In this document: in pieces, positions 38,782-47,633 of the stretch
How the letters are laid out: every line of letters begins with the position of its first letter
Numbering within the stretch: position 1 is the first letter of the stretch
IMG/VR virus record: IMGVR_UViG_3300047310_000412
Coordinates: 1 to 64,000 of that record
Length of the DNA stretch: 64,000 nt
Reading direction: 5' to 3' (one strand)
DNA from: a virus
Made by a program: the position numbers and the translations under genes
The notes under the pieces: model-generated
Databases searched by the model: none
The model's input: the letters and a program-made list of their open reading frames with translations, nothing else
Told to the model about the DNA's origin: nothing

Positions 38782-39249
38782 ATGACGTTGTTCATCGATC
38801 TAGATGGCGTCTTGGCCGATATGGACTCGGCCTACGAGGCCCTCACTGGAATACGGCTCGACAAGCTGATCGACAATGTGGACTGGGCAGCGGTCGCCGC
38901 TGAACCCGACTTCTACGCCAATCTGTCGCCCATGCCGGATATGGAAGCCCTTTGGGCCTACGCTTCGACGTGGCCCGACGTGGTGGTACTGACCGGTGTG
39001 CCAAAGGCCGTGCCTGCCTCGACAGCGGATAAGCGGGCGTGGGTCACCAAGCATCTCGGGGCGCACGTGCGGATGATCGCCTGTGCCTCCAAGGACAAGA
39101 GCCGGTACGCCAAGGCTGGCGACATCTTGGTGGATGATTGGACGCGGTATCGGTCGCACTGGCTGAAGATTGGCGGCATCTGGATCACACACACTAGCGC
39201 TGCTTCCTCGATCGCCGCACTAAAGGAGCTAGCATGGGCAACGCTCTAA
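38782..39249 (+). CDS. HAD-family 5'(3')-deoxyribonucleotidase (NT5C-like)
   Basis: DLDGVLAD, LT, K..W, ILVDD. Confidence 0.85.
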   Translation: MTLFIDLDGVLADMDSAYEALTGIRLDKLIDNVDWAAVAAEPDFYANLSPMPDMEALWAYASTWPDVVVLTGVPKAVPASTADKRAWVTKHLGAHVRMIACASKDKSRYAKAGDILVDDWTRYRSHWLKIGGIWITHTSAASSIAALKELAWATL

Positions 39250-39449
39250 GCTACCACCCGAACAGCCAGAAGCTGATCCAGGTTAAACGGAACGGCGTGC
39301 ATCTGTGCTGGATCGATCGGTCCTATGTGCGGCCGGCCACGGGCTTGAACCGGCCACGGTCCGTTAAATGGGAAACGCTGGTCAACGGCGTCACCATGCG
39401 GGCGCGGAGCCTCAGCGCCTTAAAGGCGAAACTGGGAGATTTGCCATGA
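39234..39449 (+). CDS. hypothetical protein
   Basis: AAGGAG RBS. Confidence 0.55.
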   Translation: MGNALSYHPNSQKLIQVKRNGVHLCWIDRSYVRPATGLNRPRSVKWETLVNGVTMRARSLSALKAKLGDLP

Positions 39450-39598
39450 AAAAGCTGCTGTGCCAGTGGTTCCTGCTGTGCCGCAACGTCGCTACCACGA
39501 CGCTGATGCATCCGGTGCTGGGCCGCGTGAAAGTCTGCGAGCGCTGCGCCAAGAAGACGGCGCGGCTCGAAGCAGCGGCAGAACGGCGGGCGGCATGA
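39446..39598 (+). CDS. small Cys-rich protein
   Basis: CQWFLLC...HPVLG...CERC. Confidence 0.6.
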   Translation: MKKLLCQWFLLCRNVATTTLMHPVLGRVKVCERCAKKTARLEAAAERRAA

Positions 39599-39795
39599 CC
39601 GATCGCGCCGACTACCGCGAAAGCTACATCGTCATCTGCCGCGACGACGGCACCGAGGATTGTCCCGGTGCCTACGTCCTGGCAACGCGGCGCGTCTTTG
39701 CCGATCTGGCCACGGCCGAACACTACGCCAGCGGCGTCGCCGCTGGCCGCACGCCGATCGTGGTCGCCGGTCGCTGGCACCAACTGAGGTTCTGA
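39595..39795 (+). CDS. hypothetical protein
   Basis: ATGA coupling. Confidence 0.55.
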   Translation: MTDRADYRESYIVICRDDGTEDCPGAYVLATRRVFADLATAEHYASGVAAGRTPIVVAGRWHQLRF

Positions 39796-39796
39796 C

Positions 39797-39834
39797 TGTA
39801 AGATTTCCTGACGAGACTGTCAGATAATCTTACA
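39797..39834 (+). promoter_or_regulatory. tandem sigma-54 enhancer sites (PrsR/NtrC-type TGT-N11-ACA)
   Basis: TGTAAGATTTCCTGACG (39797-39813) and TGTCAGATAATCTTACA (39818-39834), 21 bp apart. Confidence 0.75.
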
Positions 39835-39884
39835 GTTTACAGGGAGATATCAGCGGGAAGCGTTGAAATCCCTAGATTATTGGC

Positions 39885-39901
39885 TTGGCCCGCTGCATGC
39901 A
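39885..39901 (+). promoter_or_regulatory. sigma-54 (-24/-12) promoter
   Basis: TTGGCCCGCTGCATGCA: GG and GC at canonical spacing, 52 nt before the ATG. Confidence 0.75.
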
Positions 39902-39952
39902 TACCTCTCTCGATGTCTGGACATCCAGGCATCTCATGCATGAGAGGAAACC

Positions 39953-40702
39953 ATGATTAAGTATCTAACGCTTGCCGGGGCCTTGCTAGCCTCGACCGCG
40001 TTGACCCTACCGGCCAACGCGACATTGCAAATCTCTGCCGACATCAACGGCACGAGCTTTACCTGCGCCGACCAAGCCGCTTGCGACACCAACAACGCTG
40101 TCGGGCAGTTGCAGATCGCCAATCAGACGATTGCCGGTGTGCAGTTCCTCGGCTCGGCACAGACGCAGGTGATCGGCCCGTCGAACTCGCTGAACACGTC
40201 GTCGTTTCAGGTGATCAACAACAACACGGGCACGGTCTCGATCCAGCTTGCCGTGAGCGGGACCAGTTTCCTTGGTCCGGTGACGGCGTTCACCGCGAGC
40301 GGTGCCGGGACGTTCCAATCCGGTATCGGCTCCAGCGTCACCGAGACATTCTTTGGTGATGCAACGAACACGCAAGGCGCGGACACCCCGACCGATCTGC
40401 CGGGTTCCTTGCTCGCGACCTTGACGCACGCCGCCGTGGTCGATCCTGACTCGTTCTCGCAGAACTTCTCAGGTGTGTTCGACAGCACCGGTCCCTACTC
40501 CCTGTCGGAGGGGACGACCGGTACGCTGATCGCTGGTGCGTCGCTGGTTGGGCGCACGCAGTCCATCGTTACCACGCAAGCCGTGCCGGAACCGGCGTCG
40601 TTGGCAATCTTCGGCTCCGCGCTGCTCGGTATGGGCGTCGTGGGCCGTCTGCGCCGTCGCAAGAATGGCAAGACCGATCTAAGCGGCACGTCCGCCGCTT
40701 AG
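39953..40702 (+). CDS. PEP-CTERM sorting-domain protein 1 (secreted, Ser/Thr/Gly-rich)
   Basis: Signal peptide ending PANA; C-terminal VPEPASLAIFGSALLGMGVVGRLRRRK. Confidence 0.95.
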   Translation: MIKYLTLAGALLASTALTLPANATLQISADINGTSFTCADQAACDTNNAVGQLQIANQTIAGVQFLGSAQTQVIGPSNSLNTSSFQVINNNTGTVSIQLAVSGTSFLGPVTAFTASGAGTFQSGIGSSVTETFFGDATNTQGADTPTDLPGSLLATLTHAAVVDPDSFSQNFSGVFDSTGPYSLSEGTTGTLIAGASLVGRTQSIVTTQAVPEPASLAIFGSALLGMGVVGRLRRRKNGKTDLSGTSAA

Positions 40703-40709
40703 TACAACC

Positions 40710-40739
40710 GGGGGCGGGGGCAATCTCCCGTCCCCTTTT
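40710..40739 (+). terminator. hairpin/partial terminator between the PEP-CTERM genes
   Basis: GGGGCGGG...CCCGTCCCC followed by TTTT. Confidence 0.55.
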
Positions 40740-40761
40740 ATGGGGACAAGGAAAAGGGAAC

Positions 40762-41520
40762 ATGAAGAAATTTACGTTACTGATGGCAGGCGCTGCGGCG
40801 GGGGCCTTACTAGCCTTTGCCCCTGCGACTGCCGACGCGGCGGTACTGCTTTCACTCAGTGACGCGCTCGGCAACTGCGGCGGGGCCTGTCAAGGCCTCA
40901 CCTATACGCTGGAAGAGGAAATTCCAAATCCTCTCCAGCCGCTGACCGCTGAATTTGCCCTGCTGATCACCGGGGAAAATTCAGGCACCGACACGATCGG
41001 CGGACGCACTGGCATCAACGCCATTTCGTTCAACACGGTGTCGAATAACAACCCGGCTTCGGGCGCGTTCGTGGGGACGCTCATCAACGGCGTCACCACG
41101 CTCGGCACGGCTGGGTTCCTCTTCAAGCCGGGCGGGCTGTCGTCATCGGGCTGCGATGGGAACGGTGGTTTCTACTGCTTCGACAACACCGCCATCCCGC
41201 CGATCCCGGCGTCGCCGCTGATCACCGGGCCGGTTGTCCTCGCGTTTGAGGCAACGCTGGACGCCGGTAGTTCATGGACCGACTACACCACGGCACTGAA
41301 GATCGATTGGGTTGGTCCAAATCAGAACAACTACAGTCTGGTGTCGAAGGATATCCCGGTCAACAGCAACGACTGCCCGGACTGCGTGATCAATCCGACC
41401 GGTGTCCCAGTTCCGGAACCCGGCTCGCTCGCTATCTTTGGCGCGGCGCTGCTCGGCTTCGGTGCGGTCGGCTGGTATCGCCGCCGCAAGGACAGCGGCA
41501 TCGACGGCGCTGCTGCATAA
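40762..41520 (+). CDS. PEP-CTERM sorting-domain protein 2
   Basis: Signal peptide ending TADA; C-terminal VPEPGSLAIFGAALLGFGAVGWYRRRK. Confidence 0.95.
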   Translation: MKKFTLLMAGAAAGALLAFAPATADAAVLLSLSDALGNCGGACQGLTYTLEEEIPNPLQPLTAEFALLITGENSGTDTIGGRTGINAISFNTVSNNNPASGAFVGTLINGVTTLGTAGFLFKPGGLSSSGCDGNGGFYCFDNTAIPPIPASPLITGPVVLAFEATLDAGSSWTDYTTALKIDWVGPNQNNYSLVSKDIPVNSNDCPDCVINPTGVPVPEPGSLAIFGAALLGFGAVGWYRRRKDSGIDGAAA

Positions 41521-41539
41521 AGCACCTTCTGCGAACTCC

Positions 41540-41569
41540 AAAGAGCGGCCTCGGGCCGCTCTTTTTTTT
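41540..41569 (+). terminator. rho-independent terminator
   Basis: AAGAGCGGCC-TCG-GGCCGCTCTT followed by a T-tract. Confidence 0.85.
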
Positions 41570-41589
41570 AACTCTTTTGCCGACACCGA

Positions 41590-41618
41590 CTTGACATATA
41601 GCGGTATCTCCCCTATAT
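41590..41618 (+). promoter_or_regulatory. RpoD-type promoter
   Basis: CTTGAC-N17-CTATAT. Confidence 0.85.
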
Positions 41619-41637
41619 ATAAAGCGAAGGGAGACCG

Positions 41638-41838
41638 GTGATGTTTTTAGAACCCTCTGAGATGAATGTCGAAATGGCCATGGAATGGGTAATGGCTGGT
41701 CTCGGCAAGCTCTACAGCAACGAGCGGGCCGCGAAATTCGCGGAGAAGTTCGAAGCCTGGGCCTACAAGGCCGAGGCCGAGAAGGCAGGCTGGAAATTCC
41801 CCGCCGCCCCCAGCGCCGCCCCTTGGGCGCTGGCCTGA
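41638..41838 (+). CDS. hypothetical protein
   Basis: GGGAG RBS after a promoter. Confidence 0.6.
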   Translation: MMFLEPSEMNVEMAMEWVMAGLGKLYSNERAAKFAEKFEAWAYKAEAEKAGWKFPAAPSAAPWALA

Positions 41839-41856
41839 CCGAGAGGAGAGACTGCC

Positions 41857-42048
41857 ATGAAGCTCAATTACAAAAAGATCACCGCCGCCGCCGTCAAGGC
41901 CATGAAGGGCCTAGCAAGCCCTGGCTGGTGCGTGAAATGCGGCAAGGAACACAAGGGCATCGAGCCTGACGCGCGGAAATATCCCTGCGCGAAATGCGGT
42001 TCCGCCAGCGTCTACGGCGCTGAGGAACTGGTTTTGATGCTGTCCTAG
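41857..42048 (+). CDS. small Zn-ribbon protein
   Basis: GWCxxCG...EPDAR.YPCxxCG...VYGAEEL. Confidence 0.7.
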   Translation: MKLNYKKITAAAVKAMKGLASPGWCVKCGKEHKGIEPDARKYPCAKCGSASVYGAEELVLMLS

Positions 42049-42224
42049 CCGATCACAGAGGAGATTGCCATGACCAAATTTATCGAGTTGGTAACAGCGT
42101 ACTCCCGGCTAACCGCTGCTGAGTTGGAGTCCTATCTCGAATTACGGCATCTATTGGAAACCGAGCAGGTTCGGGCAATACTCTTTATTAAGTCGCGGAA
42201 CATCAGCGTGGAGAGGAAGACACC

Positions 42225-42614
42225 ATGACCAAATATCTCGAAGCTACCGATCCCGGTGCGTTCACCGATCGGGCACGGAAGAGCGCCCAGCCGGGCTACG
42301 GCTACACCGCACGGTGTCCGCTGTGCCGGGGCTACGGTGGCTGGAACCTAAAGCTAAACGCCTATCGGCTCCCGGCCGGTCAGCGGAACACCAAGGCCAA
42401 TCGGGCGGCGTACTGCCATTTCTCCTGCTGCTGCTCGCAGTGCAACGGCTGGGGCTGGGTCCATCCATCAAACGTCGCGTGCGTCCATGAATGGCAGGAA
42501 GTCTCCGCTGCCAAGGCGGCAGAACTGGGCGTCCCGCATTTCGGCAACTGCTACCACGTCTACGTCTGCACCAAGGGCTGCGGGCGGACGCGGGCGACCG
42601 ACAGTAGCGGTTAG
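42225..42614 (+). CDS. Cys-rich hypothetical protein
   Basis: CPLCxGYGGWNL, CSQCNGWG, CxHEW, DSS. Confidence 0.7.
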   Translation: MTKYLEATDPGAFTDRARKSAQPGYGYTARCPLCRGYGGWNLKLNAYRLPAGQRNTKANRAAYCHFSCCCSQCNGWGWVHPSNVACVHEWQEVSAAKAAELGVPHFGNCYHVYVCTKGCGRTRATDSSG

Positions 42615-42667
42615 GAGCGCGAAAAGAAGCGCGCGAAACGCGCGGCCCGCGCAAACCGCGCGAACCC

Positions 42668-42695
42668 AAAGAGAGGCTGAGGCCTCTCTTTTTTT
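42668..42695 (+). terminator. rho-independent terminator
   Basis: AAGAGAGGC-TGAG-GCCTCTCTT followed by a T-tract. Confidence 0.75.
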
Positions 42696-42716
42696 GCCCG
42701 AAGAGTTATTTCCCCT

Positions 42717-42779
42717 GTTGACATCTGGCGCGATATCCCCCATATGTAACGTGGAACACGGGAAATCGTTTCCGGTTCC
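42717..42779 (+). promoter_or_regulatory. RpoD-type promoter plus conserved leader hairpin
   Basis: GTTGAC-N17-CCATAT, then ggaacacGGGAAAtcgTTTCCGgttcc. Confidence 0.8.
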
Positions 42780-42796
42780 AACAAGGGAGAACCCCG

Positions 42797-43570
42797 ATGT
42801 TCGCATCTGCAAAAACGGTGACGCTTGTCACCAAATCCCCAGCGAAAGGCAAGCCGTCCAAGCCCGTCGATCTGATCGAGGGCTGGGAAGAGCTATGCGC
42901 GCTCGACGCGGTATCCAAGGCGCTCGCCGGTCTGGTCACGATCAAGAAACAGGCGATCGAGGAGGGGCCGGTCACCGAGTTATTGGTGTCACGGGGCCTT
43001 GCGACCGGGCGGAAGCCCGAGAGCTTGTCGCCGGTCGAGGGCGAGGGCAAAGGCTCGGCCTACATCGCTAAGCGGTCCACGCGGTCCGCGCTGAGCGAGG
43101 AGGAGCTAGAGCTTCTCACCGAGACTGTCGGTGAGGAGGCGCTCGGCAGCTACACCGAGACTGTCGAGGCTCTGCCAGCGCTGCTGGCGGTCAATCCGGC
43201 CTATGCCAACGACGAGGCGTTGCTCCGGAAGATCGACAAGGCGCTCAGCGGCATCAAGGGCATCCCCGAGGATTTCATCGTCCAGCAGGAGGCGGTCTCC
43301 AAGACGGTGGTCAGCGACGAGGCGACCAACGCCATGTTCAAGCTGACGCCCGAAAAGCTCGACGCGGTGTTCTCGATCCTCGCCGGGATCAGCATGCGGC
43401 CGGTCTATGGTGCCGGTCTCGAAAAGGCTTGGGAGGCCATCCGGCCGCTCATCCCCGAGGCCGAGGCGATGCCCGAGAAGCCCAAGAGCCGGAAGGTAGC
43501 ACCGCCCACGCCAGTCGCGCGGTCGAGCGCCGAATTGAAGGAGCAGTTCCGGAAATCGGCCACGAAATAG
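42797..43570 (+). CDS. hypothetical protein
   Basis: GGGAG RBS, 257 aa. Confidence 0.75.
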   Translation: MFASAKTVTLVTKSPAKGKPSKPVDLIEGWEELCALDAVSKALAGLVTIKKQAIEEGPVTELLVSRGLATGRKPESLSPVEGEGKGSAYIAKRSTRSALSEEELELLTETVGEEALGSYTETVEALPALLAVNPAYANDEALLRKIDKALSGIKGIPEDFIVQQEAVSKTVVSDEATNAMFKLTPEKLDAVFSILAGISMRPVYGAGLEKAWEAIRPLIPEAEAMPEKPKSRKVAPPTPVARSSAELKEQFRKSATK

Positions 43571-43579
43571 GAGGAACCG

Positions 43580-43894
43580 ATGACAACGACCAATCTGAAA
43601 ATCCGATTTAACGAACTGATCCTGGCCGATTACATCTACATGCTCGATCGCTACCGGCTCAATTCGGCGGGCACCAGAAGGCTGCTGGGCAACCATGCTT
43701 CGCCACTGGAAATGGTCAAGGCCCTGCTGCGAACCCGGCACGTGCAGATCGGCTTCTACGACTGCTATCGCCTGGGCGAGGGCGAGCGGACATTCGAGCG
43801 GCGGGCGCTCCAGCCGGAATTTAGCGAACTGTTCACCAATGTCGAATTGAGCGAGGCCCAGCGTCGCGTCAACGCCATGGCGGCAATGGCCTGA
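43580..43894 (+). CDS. hypothetical protein
   Basis: AGGAGG RBS. Confidence 0.7.
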   Translation: MTTTNLKIRFNELILADYIYMLDRYRLNSAGTRRLLGNHASPLEMVKALLRTRHVQIGFYDCYRLGEGERTFERRALQPEFSELFTNVELSEAQRRVNAMAAMA

Positions 43895-44051
43895 GGAGCT
43901 ACCAGTATCCCAGGCGTTCGCGCCGGGACGCGGCAAGTCGGCGGAGTGCCGCGCTCAGTAACCCCCGACAGCGGGCGGCGGTGTCATCGGCCGCGCGGCT
44001 CAGCACCACGGTCAGCGAGGGGTCCTCCTCCCCTGTGGCTGGCAAGAAGGG

Positions 44052-44085
44052 AAGGGAGCGGCAGTCCAGTGCCGCTCCCTTTTTT
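44052..44085 (+). terminator. rho-independent terminator
   Basis: AAGGGAGCGGCA...TGCCGCTCCCTT followed by a T-tract. Confidence 0.85.
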
Positions 44086-44096
44086 GCGCCGTCATA

Positions 44097-44125
44097 CTTG
44101 ACATATTCGCAGATATGCCCTATAT
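44097..44125 (+). promoter_or_regulatory. RpoD-type promoter
   Basis: CTTGAC-N17-CTATAT. Confidence 0.85.
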
Positions 44126-44145
44126 GTAAAGCAAGGAGAAACGCG

Positions 44146-44781
44146 ATGAAATACGAGAGTTTCCGGTATCTCTGGCCTCCCCGGCCCGAAACCAAGATCG
44201 CCCCCACCGATTTGGGCGTGATCGAGAGCATGGGCTGGTGGGGACAGGCCAAGATGAACGGCACGTGCTGCACCATCTACGTGGACGGCTCTGGAGCCTC
44301 TGTAGCGATGGGAAGGCACGGCCCCGAGCATAAGCTCGACTGGCAACCCGGCAAGCCGTGGCAAGCCTTCGCGGCGTCGCTACCGGGCAAGGGCTACTAC
44401 GTCTTTGTCGGCGAACTGCTGCATTCGAAAGGCGTCGGCGTCAAGGACACGATCGTCCTCTTCGATCTGCTGGTCGAGGATGGCGACTATCTCGTCGGCA
44501 AGAGCTTGCGGGAGCGGTTTGCGCGGCTGGAGCGGCTGCTCAAGGCCTACAACAGCGAGCCGCAGATCGCGATGACGCACCGGGAATATAACCAAGGCGT
44601 CTGGTTGGTCGAGAACCACGGGCGGGCCTTCCGGCTGTGGTTCGATGCCGAGGCCCCCGCCATGGTTGAGGGGCTGGTGTTCAAAAACCCGAACGCCCCG
44701 CTGCGGCTGTGCGCACGGGCGAAAGACAATTCCGGTTGGCAAGTTAAATGCCGGAAACCAAAGGCGAATGTGAGCTTCTGA
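44146..44781 (+). CDS. minimal ATP-dependent ligase-type nucleotidyltransferase (DNA/RNA ligase family)
   Basis: KMNG (motif I), VGEL (III), LFDL (IIIa), EGLVFK (IV), WQVKCRK (V). Confidence 0.75.
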   Translation: MKYESFRYLWPPRPETKIAPTDLGVIESMGWWGQAKMNGTCCTIYVDGSGASVAMGRHGPEHKLDWQPGKPWQAFAASLPGKGYYVFVGELLHSKGVGVKDTIVLFDLLVEDGDYLVGKSLRERFARLERLLKAYNSEPQIAMTHREYNQGVWLVENHGRAFRLWFDAEAPAMVEGLVFKNPNAPLRLCARAKDNSGWQVKCRKPKANVSF

Positions 44782-44783
44782 GA

Positions 44784-44812
44784 CTTGACATATCGACCAA
44801 TCCTCCCTATAT
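44784..44812 (+). promoter_or_regulatory. RpoD-type promoter
   Basis: CTTGAC-N17-CTATAT. Confidence 0.85.
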
Positions 44813-45014
44813 GTACTGTGTAAGGGATGGAGAGTTCGATGTTCTTCCCGTTTTTCGTTTCCATGTTTTCCAGCTACGTCGCCAGCGTCCACGTGACCGT
44901 GTTCCACGCGGTCGAGTTGGCTGCTTTCGCGGCCCCGATGGTCATGACGTTCAAGACCATGATGAAGCCCGGCATCAACTATCCCATGCCAAAGCCCGCC
45001 TAGAGGATCGTCCG

Positions 45015-45275
45015 ATGAAACTGACCAAGACCGAGAAAAAGATACTGGACCACATGAACCGGCGGTACGGGCACTACGGAGCCACGGTTGCCAGCGGCAC
45101 CGGTCCCGATGGCGGCAGGATCGTCAACGAGGGGCTGCGGGAGTTCAACGCGTGCAAGCGGCTCGTCGCGCGGGGGCTTGCCGAGCTTCGGGGGCCAACG
45201 CGGTTCTTCACCGTCATCCGGGCGGGCTACGGCGTGCATTGCACCGAGATTTCGATCCAGTTGCCGAGCGCTTGA
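45015..45275 (+). CDS. hypothetical protein
   Basis: GAGG RBS, MKLTKTEKKIL. Confidence 0.6.
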   Translation: MKLTKTEKKILDHMNRRYGHYGATVASGTGPDGGRIVNEGLREFNACKRLVARGLAELRGPTRFFTVIRAGYGVHCTEISIQLPSA

Positions 45276-45573
45276 GATGGTTGTCTTCCTCCTCGCTTGC
45301 ATTGTCGTGCTGCTGCTGCCGCGCGGGTTCTTCATCAACCTATTTGCCATTGCCGGGATTATCTATCTGCTGTTGCACTGGGGCGTCATCCACTAGGGGA
45401 TTGCCATGGCTCTCATCCATCCCGCCGCGCTCAACATGGCGTTCACCACCATCACCGAGGAGAAGCCGCAGCGCTGCCGCTGCTGGCTGGTCCTCGCGAT
45501 CGTCCTCGCCGTCGTCCCGTATTTTATGCTGATGCGGACACTCGCTCATATGTATCGACCGTAGGAGACATCG

Positions 45574-45798
45574 ATGACACGCCGCTTTGCTCACTCGGCC
45601 CAACAACGCATGTACGATGCGATGCTGATCCACGGCAGCGCTGACCGAGTTACCCCCGGCGGCGGCACCGCTGCCGCGTTCTATCGCGGTTACCACGGCA
45701 TCCTCACACAAGCGAACACTTATGGCCGTACCACGCTCGCCTACGCGGCATGGGCGGCTGGTGTCGATCGCCGCCGCGCGGAGCAGCCGAATGTTTGA
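45574..45798 (+). CDS. hypothetical protein
   Basis: AGGAG RBS. Confidence 0.6.
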   Translation: MTRRFAHSAQQRMYDAMLIHGSADRVTPGGGTAAAFYRGYHGILTQANTYGRTTLAYAAWAAGVDRRRAEQPNV

Positions 45799-46141
45799 TC
45801 TGAAACGCCCCTGCGTTAACTGCCCGTTTCGGATCGGGCAAGGCAGTCGGTTCCAGATGATGCCAGAGCGGCTTACCGAGATTTTTACGCGGGCACCGGC
45901 ATTCCAATGTCATAAAACTCTGCTGTACGACGACGACGGGCAACCGATGGTCAACGGACCAAAGACCCAGCAATGCGTTGGGCTGATGGCGATCCTCCAC
46001 CGCGAGGATCGCGCCAACCAGATCATGCAAGTGGCCGAGCGGTTTGGTGAACTCGATCCGGCCAGCCTCGATCCCGAGAACGAAGCCTACGCCTCGATCA
46101 CCGAGGCCATGGCAGCACATGATGGAAAGGAACCGACATAA
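45791..46141 (+). CDS. Cys-rich hypothetical protein (PCxxCPF...FxCHKT...C)
   Basis: Cys/His pattern typical of phage proteins. Confidence 0.7.
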   Translation: MFDLKRPCVNCPFRIGQGSRFQMMPERLTEIFTRAPAFQCHKTLLYDDDGQPMVNGPKTQQCVGLMAILHREDRANQIMQVAERFGELDPASLDPENEAYASITEAMAAHDGKEPT

Positions 46142-46356
46142 TGGCCGCGTCCGATCGCACCGTGCAGGAAGTAGCAAAAGTTATCCTGCGTCATATCAGT
46201 TCTCAGGCCGCGCGAGGGATCGTCGCCGATCTGCGCACCGTCGAGGGCAACCAGAGCTTCCGCGAGACCATCGCCAAGCTCGCTGACGAACTCGACGCGC
46301 AGAACAGCGGTCTCGACCGCGCCTACATGCATCCCTGGACCAAGCCGTTGGATTGA
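46141..46356 (+). CDS. hypothetical protein
   Basis: TAATG coupling. Confidence 0.6.
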   Translation: MAASDRTVQEVAKVILRHISSQAARGIVADLRTVEGNQSFRETIAKLADELDAQNSGLDRAYMHPWTKPLD

Positions 46357-47627
46357 AAGCGATGAAGACCGCCAAGCCTAAGCCCGATCTGGCCTTTCTC
46401 GATAAGGTCCACGACTGGACGTTCCGCAAGCACGCTGTCAACGGTAAGCCGCTGTCGCGTGAAGTCCAGCACGTGCAAGCCCGGTTGCGCAGCAAGCTGC
46501 GCAACGCGCAACGCTTTATCGTGGATGACGCGGCGATCGAGCTTACCGCCGGCCTATCGCGCGAGTTCGACCGGCTTGAGACATGGTCCTTCCTCGCCCG
46601 CTTGCCCTACGACACCATGTGGCTGCAATTCGATCTGCACCACAAGATCGAGAGCCTGCGCAAGCTCGATGACCGGATGATCCCGGTCGATCCCGATATC
46701 GTGTCGCCGGTTGTCGGCTATCTCTTGTTCCGCGACAGCGATGGACCGTCGCCAGTTTGGATCGCCCACGAGTTCTACCAGTCCCCCAGCACGGGCGAGC
46801 CGTATGTCGGCATGCTCGCCTACGTCTTCGATCCCGAGGGCGACACCATGTGGCCGGTGCGCGGATCGAGGTACTGGCGCACGCCGACACTATCGCTACG
46901 CAAGGGCTTCCCGCGCATGCCGGTGGAAATCACCGGCCCACGCCACGATGACAAGCCGATCACCATCAAGGCAGATGCCGCCCCCGAAATCGCGCTTTGC
47001 GGCATCTTCCAACCGTCTGAGGAAATCGAAGTCAAGGAAGCCGGTGACATCACCGCCTTGACCGAGGCTGTTACCGCGCCTCCCTGGTTTGTCAACCGGG
47101 GAGCGGTGATTGTCGATCCCTGGTGGGACCACTATTACGCTGATCGCTGGAAGGACGATCCCGATCGCGTCCATCGTCTGTTGATGCACGAAATCAACGA
47201 ATGCCGGGGCGTGATGAAGTTCATCATCGCACTGCTCGCGGCGATCAACGGTTTGCCACGCGATGTCCGCCCGATCCTGACCAAGCCCGGCAAGCGGCCG
47301 GTCGGGATGAACATGCTGCCCTATCTGGGGCACAGCCATCTGAAGATCGAACTTCCCCGCGACAACCGCGTCGTCTGGGCACGGCAGACAATGGATCACA
47401 CGGCCCACGCGCGCGGCCGGCGAGAGCATTATGTACTCGGTCATTGGCGCGTAGTCGAACGCGGCAAGCGCGTCAAGTTCATCTGCCGCCACATGCCGAC
47501 GATGGTCGAGCATGGGCTGGGCATGTGCGAGAACTGCGAGATGCTGATCCGCTGGATCAAAGTTCACAAGCGAGGCGATCCCGAGCTAGGCATGGTCGAG
47601 CATGATTTATATGAAGTTACCGCGTAA
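46353..47627 (+). CDS. hypothetical protein (C-terminal RxHxVxGHWR...WIxxHxRGD)
   Basis: 424 aa; paralogue-like to 50481-51479. Confidence 0.75.
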   Translation: MKAMKTAKPKPDLAFLDKVHDWTFRKHAVNGKPLSREVQHVQARLRSKLRNAQRFIVDDAAIELTAGLSREFDRLETWSFLARLPYDTMWLQFDLHHKIESLRKLDDRMIPVDPDIVSPVVGYLLFRDSDGPSPVWIAHEFYQSPSTGEPYVGMLAYVFDPEGDTMWPVRGSRYWRTPTLSLRKGFPRMPVEITGPRHDDKPITIKADAAPEIALCGIFQPSEEIEVKEAGDITALTEAVTAPPWFVNRGAVIVDPWWDHYYADRWKDDPDRVHRLLMHEINECRGVMKFIIALLAAINGLPRDVRPILTKPGKRPVGMNMLPYLGHSHLKIELPRDNRVVWARQTMDHTAHARGRREHYVLGHWRVVERGKRVKFICRHMPTMVEHGLGMCENCEMLIRWIKVHKRGDPELGMVEHDLYEVTA

Positions 47628-47633
47628 TTCCCA

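Noticed and set aside
39860-39880. IHF site between the enhancer and the sigma-54 promoter
   Set aside because: Only a weak match (two mismatches) to WATCAANNNNTTR; not reported as a feature.
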